Below, piece after piece: positions 11,106 through 30,420 of a DNA stretch of 64,000 bases. Within the stretch, counting starts at the first letter, position 1. Each line of letters begins with the position of its first letter. This DNA comes from Guillardia theta CCMP2712 (Eukaryota; Protista; Cryptophyta). Below the pieces are notes generated by a model. The model was not told the origin of the DNA. It saw only the letters and a list, made by a program, of their open reading frames with translations, and made no database searches. Where the stretch lies: the NCBI RefSeq assembly GCF_000315625.1, contig NW_005434604.1, forward strand, positions 62,001 to 126,000, written 5' to 3'. A program made the translations under genes and the position numbers.

Positions 11106-13546
11106 TCATGCTTCATCATGATGGGACCCAGGGGAGCCTTGCTGGGAGGGGCTCGCATCCGCTGATACACCTATTGTCACAATGCAGTCTCGTTGCAAGT
11201 CCAGCCAGGCACAAACGCGCTCCGCCAGGTCCATGTCGCTCAGCCTCTCCCTCGTCCAGCTCTCGCTCCCCTGCACTGGCATGCGAACAGGCTCCTTCCG
11301 GTCCTCTGAGCGGCTGGGCTGCATGAGAGTCAACGCCTCGTGCAGCGGCCTCTGCCAGCGTTGCTGCAGGAGCCTGGGAGGCACGTCCATGCCCATCAGG
11401 AAGCAAGCTTCCTGTTGCATCTCAAGCCGAGCAAGATCCAAGTCAATGGCGTAGCACTGGTTGACGAGGTCCTCATGCGGGACTCCCAGCGGCTTTCGTC
11501 TCCCCATCTCCTTCTGCGCGTCCAAGTATCTCTGCTTGGCGGCCCGGTACTTGAGGTACTGCCTGTACAGGTCCGGCAAGACTCGCTGGGCTGCATCTGT
11601 GCTCATAGAGGACCTGCTGGTCCGTTGGAGCGGAACGAACTCGCGGATGATTCTCTCCAGCTCGAGCTGGCGCTGCATGTCCCGCAGCCTGAGCTCCTCT
11701 GATCTCCTCTGTCTGCGCTCCTCTGCTCTCATCAGTCTATAGAGCTCCTCCGATGTCTCCATCAGCCTCGCAGGCTCCTCCACTCTCTGTCGCAGCCTGG
11801 AGAGCTGCAGAGAGTCGGCTCTCCTGCTGTCCTTGTCGACAGGCAGGCCAGCTACCAAGTGCTTCTGAGTGTACTCGACCAGCCTTCTCTCGAGGAGGGA
11901 CTGTTCGCGGTCGCGGTACTTGTCCACGACGTCCTTGACGGCAGGCTGCAGCGCTTGGGGGAAGGAGAGCGGGTTTGGCTCCCCCGGGCAGCTCGTGTAC
12001 GAGTGGCTGGCCCATGCCCCGAGGCACATCCAGCAGAACTGGTGCCCGCACTTCCTGCACGTCATGTGATTGCATCCTCCCATCTTCTGGATGCGATATT
12101 CGCACTTCGTGCATGGCTTGGTGCTCCGAGCAATCTCCTCTTGGTCACTGGGAGCCTGGGCTCCTGCTTCCTCCTGCTCTTCTCCGCTAGCAATCTTGAT
12201 GATCCTCGACTTCAGGGCCGTCAGAGAAGCTCTATCGCACAGGTCGAGGATGTCTTGGAGGTTATACACATTCACCGGCTGCTCCTCACCAGACACCGTC
12301 TGATCATAACGGGGCCTGAACAGCCGGAAGCTGGCGGAGGTGGCGATCGTGTCCAAAATGTCGATCTGGTCTTCCTCATCTTGCATGTCGTGTAGGAACA
12401 GATTGAACAGCTGGTTCGCGTCTGCTCCCCTCATCTCTGTTGCTGCTCCAAGACCTGCGACCGGGGGGGGATCTCTCAGCAGCCTCCAGCTGTTGGCCTC
12501 GCGGGTCGCCTGCTCGGTGCCTGACGTGACCTCATGACTCTCTACCGCTGACGAGCCGTCGGGCTGGCGGGAAGACTGTCGGGCGGCTTGAGCTGCTCGG
12601 CTCGAGCTCAGACGATGCTCGCTGACGGGAAACGAGCGGAGCTGACAGGCTGCGACCTCACGCGTTTCAGCTCGAAGCTCTTCCTCAAGGAGTCTTCGCC
12701 GAACCGTTCTCTCAAACGAGACTCCAAGCTCTGCTTGTTCGTTGCTTTCAAGCTGCTGGCAGACTGCATCGTGAGCCTCATCGAGCTGCCGCAATCTCTC
12801 TTCCAGCAATACCCGCGACTCGCACCCGACGATGACGTGCGCAGGCACCAACTTTCTCGATGCCAGTGAGCAACCGACGCAGAACATGGCCATGCAGCCC
12901 TCACACTTGACCGTAGCTGTGCTGTTCTGATGGGACACAGCGGCCATGGTCGAGACCGAGGTCGAGACGGCCTGACAGCAGGGAGAGGTACACGGCAGTA
13001 TGCCCGCCTGCCACGAGATGTAGCTCCTCTCTATGCTGCCGTATGTCTCCAGGAGGACCCGCCATTCATCGTCGTTGGCAAAGCGAGTCTGCAAAGCTTG
13101 TCGGTCGAAGCGCAGCTTGTCCGTGCATCCAGCATTGGGACAGCCAGGAAGCTGGATTGTCACTTCTTGGTCATTGATGGCGAATGCCAGGAATCGCTTG
13201 AAGCAATCTGCGTGAAGCCTGTGGCCGCAGCTCAAGCGCACGCTGCTGATCGCATCGGTGTCTTGGCAGATAACGCAGTGGAAGTCTTCCTGTTGGTGCT
13301 GGTGCTGGTCAGACTCAGATGTCGAGGGGGCAGGATCAGCGAAGAGCATGCCTAGGGCATCGCCTATCCTGTCAGGGTCTCCGCAGGTCTGATCAAAAAT
13401 GCTGCATGTACAAGTCAGCAACATTATTTCGACCAAGACAACGACGCATACCTGGGGGCGTCCCACCCGCAAACTTCGAGGACGAAGGAATTAGCGTTGG
13501 TGTTCGGAAGGCTCGGTGGAGCATGGCGGTGCTGTTGACAAGACAT
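11106..13546 (-). CDS. RBR (RING-IBR-RING) E3 ubiquitin ligase, Ariadne-like
   Basis: RING1 CVIC...CGHRLHADC...CPNAGC; IBR CEGCMAMFCVGC...AHVIVGC; RING2 KPCTKCEYRIQKMGGCNHMTCRKCGHQFCWMC with the catalytic Cys motif. A short intron (~13404-13451) gives the N-terminus FVLEVCGWDAPSIF. Start codon uncertain. Confidence 0.9.
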
Positions 13547-14560
13547 TGTACCAACTATGTGTTGTGTTCACCAAGAAGTTCTGCAAAAAGTAAGAATCAA
13601 GTGCGAGAGGAACCAGGAGGATTTGGTTGAGTGAGATACAGTAGGTTGGGTGTGGAAGAGACGATGCAGAAGAGAGGAGGTAGTGTATCTACGGACAGGG
13701 GGAGGAAGCGAGAGCAGGTAAGAAATCATCGATTCCGAAGAGGGGTGGGGTCCTTTTCTTTGGTGAAAATGGGGGTATGGATATGGATTCATTGAAGAGC
13801 GGCATGGAAACTGGAGGTAGAGAAGGTATATACCCTTTTCTATTCGAGCAGAACATATAAATTTCTTTCCTTTACTGAGGTGAGAGATACTGGAGGAGAA
13901 AGTGTTCGAGACCAAACAGATAGGGAGGGTAGGGGTGTGGAAGTGAAGGGTAGGGGGTAAAGGGGTGGTTGACTCAGATTCAAACATGTTTGTAGGAATT
14001 TGGGACTGGCCGGCGGCTGCACGTGACCAACTTTCAACTGACTGGTCCGGTCATCCGGGCCTTCTAGCCCGCCGCCAAGATGGCAGGCCCGGCCCGGAAT
14101 CTGAGTGACCGCCGGTCGGTCAGTGATCACACGAGTCAGCGGCCGTCCAAATGGGCTGAGCCTGTCACTGTGTGAACGGTGACTCTCTGAATGTCTGGAT
14201 GCTTGCCAATCCTGAGTTGTTCAGCAAGTTCCCGTGACCTCCCGGCTGTGCATTCAACTCCGAGTCACCCGTGTTGAGCAAAACTTGAAAACAGTCGGGA
14301 GCTGGTTGCAGCTCACTGAGTCAGAAGCGCAAGAACAAGTTAGAGGAAGAAAGGGAAGGGGAGGGAGGGAGGGAGGGAGGGAGGGAGGGAGGGAGGGAGG
14401 GAGGGAGGGAGGGAGGGAGGGAGGGAGGGAGGGAGGGAGGGAGGGAGTAGAAAGCAAGGGAAGAGAACGTGAGTGTGAAAAGCTTGCGGAGCGGATCAAA
14501 AAGTCAGAGGCAGCAAAGCTCCATCGCCCCTTCTAGCTCTTCTCGTCACTCCACCTCAAG

Positions 14561-23325
<8,765 letters not shown>

Positions 23326-24348
23326 ATCAATCAAGTCGAAAGGTTGTTTTCCAAGCTGTCTTTGCTGTTTACTGTTGCCATGGAAGCGGCAAGAGCGTTC
23401 AAGTTGCACATTCCATACCGCTGCTTCAACACTTGTCATCGCAGTGCGCTCATCGCCCGATTTTCCGAACCGTCCAACTTCCGAAGTTGGGACTCGAAGT
23501 TCGGGCCCGGGCTGTTCAGCCGGCCGGGCCCCGGGCACCTTTAGACTGTTCGGGCCCGGCGGCACTTACTGGGCCGCATTTCGTATCCAACTTGGCGGCT
23601 GCCACGGCATGGGACGCAAGTCTAAAATGTGGTTTTAAAACAAGCAGATCGATGTACTTTCGCATCGTTTCAACTAGACTTCTTCGGAAAGTTGCTGAAA
23701 GAACTCGTTTGATGATTTTTTACATCCTTGTAGTATCTTTAAAATATAAAAATCCGTTGCGGCCCTTGGACCCTAGCTTGCTTCTGACCTTTCAACTCAA
23801 GGATCAAGTCTTATAAATATAAAAGTCACCATAAATATTTTTTAATTACACAAAAACATTACTATTTCAAAAAAATACTTTTTATCTCTAAAAAGTATTT
23901 TGTATCCCAACTCTTGTCAAAAAGTGTTTTAGGAGACCTAAGGCAACGCGCTCATGCAAGTGCGCAGGAGTATCAAGGCGAGGGGCTCAGGGCATGCGGG
24001 AGCTTGTTAGGTGGGAGAAGGGAGGAAGATGAGGAATGATAGAAACATGGGAGGAAGAAGCATTATATGCACCAGTAGCCATCGATATCCAGGAAGCGCG
24101 GCATTGCTGCAAATGTGTTGGCCAGGTTTTAAAGTGGGAACAGAAGATTGTATGTTGTTTTACTCCGAAAGCCGTAAGAGGTTGCATGCCCAAACAGTCA
24201 GATCCTAAGTAAAACCTTCCTGATTGAATCCTTTTGGTGCAGGGGATCCCTTGGGAGGCTACATATTGTTCTTGTCTGGTTCTTTCGCACAGGAACTCAA
24301 TGCTCGGGGACGAAAGGCGGTTGACGTTGCGTTGAGACCAGCATCTGC

Positions 24349-24810
24349 AATGAACGACTTGCATGAGACGAAAGACCAAGAAATCGAATCTAGCAGATCG
24401 AATGCCCGCCAGCTCTTGGAGGAAGAGAATTCAGAGAGTTATGCTTGCGAGAAGAGGAGGAGGACAGCAGGACACCAACGATGCTGCCCAGTGTCGGAGG
24501 GGTCGAACACGGAAGATTGTACTTGCGTACAAAGTGAGCATGTGCTCGGTGCTAAGGTTACAAGCATAACGAGGGAGAAGTTGCTGATGTTGAAAGACCT
24601 TCAAGCTACCAACAAGCGGCTGCGGCAGGACGTGCTCTTCCTTTACCTCCAAGTGATGACTTGTCCCTTGTCTTGATTGCATCTCACCTCCTCGCAGGTG
24701 CAGTGGCTGAGACAAGTCCTCCACCAGCTCGACTCAGGAGGGTTGAATCTTGAGCAGCCGGCAGCAGAAGGCGACACCTCCTCGTTGTCGTCTAACGACT
24801 GCGTTCAGTA
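24349..24810 (+). CDS. Small coiled-coil protein (5' exons uncertain)
   Basis: MNDLHETKDQ...KRRR...EKLLMLKDLQATNKRLRQDVLFLYLQ spliced to VQWLRQVLHQLDSGG...DCVQ stop. Confidence 0.45.
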
Positions 24811-24889
24811 GCTTTCTGCCCGTCCTCCATGTCCCTTGCCGTGAATCTCTCTCCCGCTCTGTCTGCTCTGCCTCTGCTCCATCATGGGC

Positions 24890-27068
24890 ACACTCAGTGA
24901 GATGGGTCCTCTGCTCGGGCGTCGGGCTCAGGCGCTGGCATCTCTCCCGGTTCCCAGCAGGTTCCGCTCCCTCTTGGTATAGAGATCTGCCGCCCCGCTC
25001 TCTCTGTATCCGATTTCAGCGGTTCCCCTCCTGCCATCCTGCCATCCTGCTCTCCCTCATCCTCTGCTCTGCTCTGCTCTGCTCAGCTCTCCTCACCCCT
25101 CCTCTCCTCTCCTCTTCCCTCTTCTTCTCTCCTCGCCTCGCCTCGCCTCGCCTTCCCCCAATCTCTTCCCTCGTACCTCTCCACTTCGATGGTCGCTCCT
25201 TTGTGTTCCCAAACCTGCGGACCACACTCAGGACTGCTCGGACAAAGAACAACAACAGGGATAAACCCATGAAGAAAGCGGCAGAGCTGGAGAGGCTGGA
25301 GGGAGTGAGGAGAAGGAGAGAAGGGAGGGGCATGGCAAAGGAGATAGACTTAAGAGGAGGAATACAATTGGATTGTACCGTCCGATCCTCATTGAACCAT
25401 AAGAATCTTGATCTGATCTTCCCACCGATGAATTCAATCCGCGCATTTCCACCTCTCGCATGGTACCTGAGCAGAGATGACAATGTTATCTTCTGACCAC
25501 CTCCTCCTTCCTCCCCACTGTTCTCCTGCTCTCAAATCACCCTATTTCCCTCCTCACATGCAGTGAAAGACTGCTACTTTGAAATGTTGAATGCAAGTCT
25601 CCTCAAATCGAATCGACGAGTAGCTTGAAAGAGAAAGCAGTCAGACGCGCACGAACTAGCCCTGCTTGTTGAAATTCGCTCACTCGTCCAAAGTAGCTGC
25701 GAACGCCCCTTGCTCCAGGTGGCAGTGGCTGACTACAGCCCGACCCGCTCCGTAGCTGTGTGCTGCTTCAGGATAGCGCGCAGTAGAGCACGAGGCAACC
25801 TCCGGATCGATCTGCCGATGTCTCCGGCGAGGAGGAGGGAGCATCGTTGCAGGGACACTTGGGAGCTGTCCCTGACCTTGATGACGTCATGAGCGTGGAA
25901 GGGACGTCTCTCTTCCCGCTCACCTGAAAGACGTCCGCGCATCTTGCCCGCTCAGAGATCCCTCCTATGCAGCAGTCTCGCGCTTCTACATCACTGACTG
26001 GCACGTCAGCCGTCGCCTTGCGGGGCTGGGGGGAGCACGTGGGGACGGGGGAGTGATCCTCACCTTGACAAGGAGCATTTCACGACTGTGGCGGTGCTGT
26101 ATCTCATGGTACATTTCTTACCAGCAGACTAGTCAAAGCTCCACCTCACACCAGCTCTTGTCACCTCAAACAGCCAGGGCCCGCCCAGGATCAAGAACAA
26201 GTGCATGTAAAGCTGTCATGGTATACAACTCACACGCAACTTTGCGCTACTACTTGATGAGTCACCTCGTCCGATCGCATCAGCATGTTCAGCCCTGTCG
26301 CTCAACGCCCGTCAGCCCTCGATCTCTTCATGGGTACAAGGGAGCCGACCGCTGAAAGTTCCGCACGTCTCCTGCAGCATCCACCACCTCCCTGACAGCA
26401 CAGCAGGGTTGCCCTGGCAAGTTCGCCCTTCAACCGAGGAGCATCACACAGTCCAACTTGCCTGCGTCGAACTTCGGAAGTGATAGAAGGAGCCTTCCCT
26501 TATGGTGAACGGGCTCTTCCACGTCACGTACGGCGTACTGGTAGAGCTGTTGGTCTTGGCCATACAGTCAGTGATGTCTTCGATGGCCGTTGCCTCGTCC
26601 TCCTGGTACCCCAACCTGACAGTATGCGGCATCAGAGTATCCTCGCCACAGATCACGATCAAGGGCGCACGTCTCAGTCTGTCGGAGCAGGAGGAAGCTG
26701 TTGTTGAACACTGGGTTCCTGATGACCTGGGGCATATAGAAGACGAGGACGGCTTTGGTCTTGTTTTGCAGCTGACTGACGAATTCCTCTGCAGGCCTCA
26801 CTCGGATCACAGGGAAAGACGGCACGATGGTCGGATCGATAGGAAACCGGCTGAATACCAGCGTCCTCCTCTCAGGAAACGACCAGGTCGCCTTCTTGGT
26901 GCGCACATGATAGTAATACTCCCTGCCTCGCCGATCCTTCGCTGACTTCCACTCGGGCGGCAGAGCGCCATCGGCTCTTGGGTAGGCAGCGGGCCTCAGG
27001 GGTGAGGAGGAGAAGGAGGGATGGAGGCAGCGGGTCAGGAGGAGCAAGAGAACAAGGACTCGCTTCAT
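24890..27068 (-). CDS. Protein with hydrophobic leader, WW domain and probable right-handed beta-helix repeats
   Basis: Leader MKRVLVLLLLLTRCLHPSF; WW domain LPPEWKSAKDRRGREYYYHVRTKKATWSFP. Downstream exons ARDCCIGGISERARCADVFQ/VRDSSQVSLQRCSLLLAG and ARIEFIGGKIRSRFLWFNEDR. Linkage of all exons into one gene is inferred. Confidence 0.6.
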
Positions 27069-27548
27069 CGTGCCCTCGTTCCCGCAAAACAGCACAGCGA
27101 TGAATCCCCTTTCACAACAACCATAGCTCCGTACTCCTCACTCCTCCTACTCTTCTCTTCTCTACTGCTCTTGTCTTGTCTTGTCTTGTCTTGTCCTCTC
27201 GGCTCTCCCTCCACTTACTCTCTTCCAGTGCCCCTGTTCATTCTTCGCCAAGAATTCGCATAGAGCGAACTGAGCAGGTCTGCCTCAGGCAGTCCTGCAA
27301 GTCAGCTAGCTAGTAGTAGTAGAAATGCTCTACTACGGGCTATGACGTTCTGCCATGGGAGGCAACAGAGAGAAGGGTCGCATCAAGAATGCTGATGAGC
27401 AGGAGGATGGATGGATGGATGGGGGGAGGGAGGAGGGAGGGAGGGAGTGGAGGGAGGGAGGGCGAGGAGGGAGGGAGGGAGGGAGGGGGGAGGGGAGGAG
27501 GGGAGGGAGGGAGGGCGAGGAGGGAGGGAGGGAGGGAGGGAGGGAGGG

Positions 27549-27648
27549 NNNNNNNNNNNNNNNNNNNNNNNNNNNNNNNNNNNNNNNNNNNNNNNNNNNN
27601 NNNNNNNNNNNNNNNNNNNNNNNNNNNNNNNNNNNNNNNNNNNNNNNN
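27549..27648. other. Assembly gap (100 N) inside a (GGGA)n tract
   Basis: Run of N flanked by GGGA repeats. Confidence 0.99.
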
Positions 27649-27853
27649 AGGGAGGGAGGGAGGGAGGGGAGGTGAATCGAAGAAACGAAGAGAGGAGGAG
27701 GAGAAAGAGGGGCAGGCTAGCACAGCAAGGTAGAAGCAAGACGTGACGGTGCAATGAGCGAGGGGGGAGGGTGGCGGATAGGAGTGACATTGCGGGCAGG
27801 TTGGTTGGGGTTGATCTTGTTGTCTTCGGATGCATCAGTAGCAGATCGCCTCG

Positions 27854-29404
27854 ATGAAGATGGTCGGCATGAGGGGTGGGAGCATCCCTGTCCTCCTCCT
27901 CCTCCTCCCCCTCCTCCTCCTCTTCCTCAATCATCGGCCAGCGCTTGCTGACAACATCCTCCCTGTCATTCCCGATGCCTTCGCTGGCGACATGGACGAC
28001 GGGATGGTGGACGAGCTTCCAGAGTACGTTCCAAGGTGAGGCAGGAGGAGCAAGACCTAGCGCAGGGTGACTCTCGATGCCCAGCGCAGGGAACCTGAAG
28101 CAGCGAGCATGGTTCCGGTCGGCAGGACTCGGCATGTTCATCCACTGGGGAGTGTACAGCGTGTTGGGAAGAGGAGAGTGGGTGCTGAACAACGAGAGGA
28201 TGAAGATGAGCGACTACGAGCAGCTTCGAGGTCACTTCCACCCCTCCAACTTCAACGCCACAGAGTGGGTTCTCCTAGCCAAGTCAGCAGGCATGTCGTA
28301 CATAACCTTCACCTCCAAGCACCATGATGGCTTCTGCATGTGGCACACCAAGCAGACGAGGTGGAACATAGTGGACGCCACCAGCTACGGGCAGGACATC
28401 CTGCGGCAGCTCGCGGAGGCCTGCAGGGAGCATGGCCTGAAGCTGTTCGTCTACTACTCTCCTCTCGACTGGAGCCACCCCGACTACTTCCCTCGTGGCT
28501 TCACCGGCACTGAGACGGGCCGGCCGGCCGGCGGCAACTGGAGCGAGTACCTTGCCTACATGCACCGGCAGCTTGAGGAGATCCTCTCCGAGTACGGGGA
28601 GATAGCTGGGATCTGGCTGGACGGGTGGTGGGACAAGCCGTCGCACGAGACGTGGAGAACGGAGGAGACGTACAAGTTGATCCACCGGCTGCAGCCGAAT
28701 GCGCTGATCGGCAACAACCACCATCGGTCTCCTTACTGGGGGGAGGACATGCAGATCTTTGAGAAGGACGCGCCTGGTGAGAACACGCAGGGGTACGCTC
28801 ACAGCTCGCTGCAGGTGGACTCGTCCCTGCCTCTCGAGACATGCGATACTCTGCATGCCAACGGAGCATGGGGATACACCGGCGACCACACGCCCAAGCC
28901 CATGGAGCACGTCGTTCGCATGCTCGTTCGGTCTGCTGGCTTCGACGCCAACCTCCTCCTCAACGTGGGGCCCATGCCCACCGGGGACATCCAGCCGGAG
29001 TTCCAGCAGAGTCTCCAGCTGCTGGGGGCTTGGCTGGGGCAGTACAGAGAGAGCGTGTTAGGAACGAGAGGAGGCCCTTCGCCTCCAGCGCCATGGGGGG
29101 TGACGACGAGGAGGCAGGGGATCGTTTACATCCACATCCTTGAGTGGGCGCGAGGAGCCGACGGCGAGAATTTACCGCAGATGCGAATCCCTCTTCCTCG
29201 CCTGGCGTTTGAGAGCATCCTGGTGATCACGTTTGTCTTGTTGAGTCAGAAGTTCTGGCGTTGCTTTGCTCTTGTTCAGTCTCTGCAAGGGGATTCTATC
29301 CACAGATCCGTGTTGTTTTCCTTCGTTCGAATCTTCCTCATTCCTCGCCCCCCCTCCCCCTATCCTCTCCTCCTCCTCTTCTCTCTCCCTTAACTCTCTC
29401 CCTT

Positions 29405-29463
<59 letters not shown>

Positions 29464-29482
29464 CATCTCTCTCTCTCTCTCT

Positions 29483-29529
<47 letters not shown>

Positions 29530-29641
29530 TCTCTCTCTCTCTCTCTCTCCATCTCTCTCTCTCCATCTCTCTCTCTCTCTCTCTCCATCTCTCTCTCCAT
29601 CTCTCTCTCTCTCTCCATCTCTCTCTCTGTCTCTCTCTCTG

Positions 29642-29739
<98 letters not shown>

Positions 29740-30112
29740 GCTCTCGCTCTGTCTCGCTCTCTCTCTGTCTCTCTCTGTCTCTCTCTGTCTCTCTCTGTCT
29801 CTCTCTCTCTCTCTCTGACTAGGTTCGTTTACGACTTTAGGGTGCAGAGGTCATGTCTTGCCAGCCTCCTCTCTGTCATCAAGAGACGTCTGATGTTCAG
29901 TTCTCCAAGTGCGTCCATTGAACGCACCTGTCAACGCACGCTCATTTGACGTCTTTGTTTCTTGACACCCCAGGGACTCCACGGGGATAACTGAGGTCGA
30001 GGTGAGAACTGTAGAGGGCATGTCAACGATGGTGACGTCACCTCAGGTCCAGGAGGGAGTAAGAGACGAGTACGACACCATCATCAAAGTGTCGATAGAC
30101 GACAAGGCATGA
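27854..30112 (+). CDS. Secreted alpha-L-fucosidase, glycoside hydrolase family 29
   Basis: Signal-peptide exon 27854-28035, intron 28036-28084. GH29 motifs WF...GMFIHWGVYS, AKSAGMSYITFTSKHHDGFCMW, IWLDGWW (nucleophile Asp), NLLLNVGP..G.I. Last exon VRDEYDTIIKVSIDDKA, TGA 30110-30112. Confidence 0.95.
29407..29816. repeat. ~400-bp (CT)n microsatellite in a fucosidase intron
   Basis: Direct inspection; followed by a ctgactag acceptor. Confidence 0.97.
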
Positions 30113-30420
30113 GAAGCCCGCGGGCCTTCGACTTGATAGCTGCTGACTGTCTTGCAGCAGGGCGTCAAGACGGAGTTGTGAAACATTAGAAGCTTGTCTG
30201 CAGTTGAGAATCGATGGAAGACAATAGACAGCATCACAAGCTATCGAATGGACTGTATTCATCACGAGTCGAGTTTATCCCCCCCCCTTATCCCCTCCCT
30301 CCCTCCCCCTCCACCCTCCTCCCTCCCTCCTCCTCCTCCTCCTCCTCCTCCTCCTCCTCCTCCTCCTCCTCCTCCTCCTCCCCCTCCCCCTTCCTCCTCG
30401 AACATCAACTCTGTCGCAAC

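Noticed and set aside
13404-13472. Signal peptide on the RBR ligase ORF (VCVVVLVEIMLLTC)
   Set aside because: It is read-through of a GTATGC...TGCAG intron from a non-ATG start.
29261-29818. SL- and ER-repeat ORFs
   Set aside because: They are translations of the (CT)n intron.
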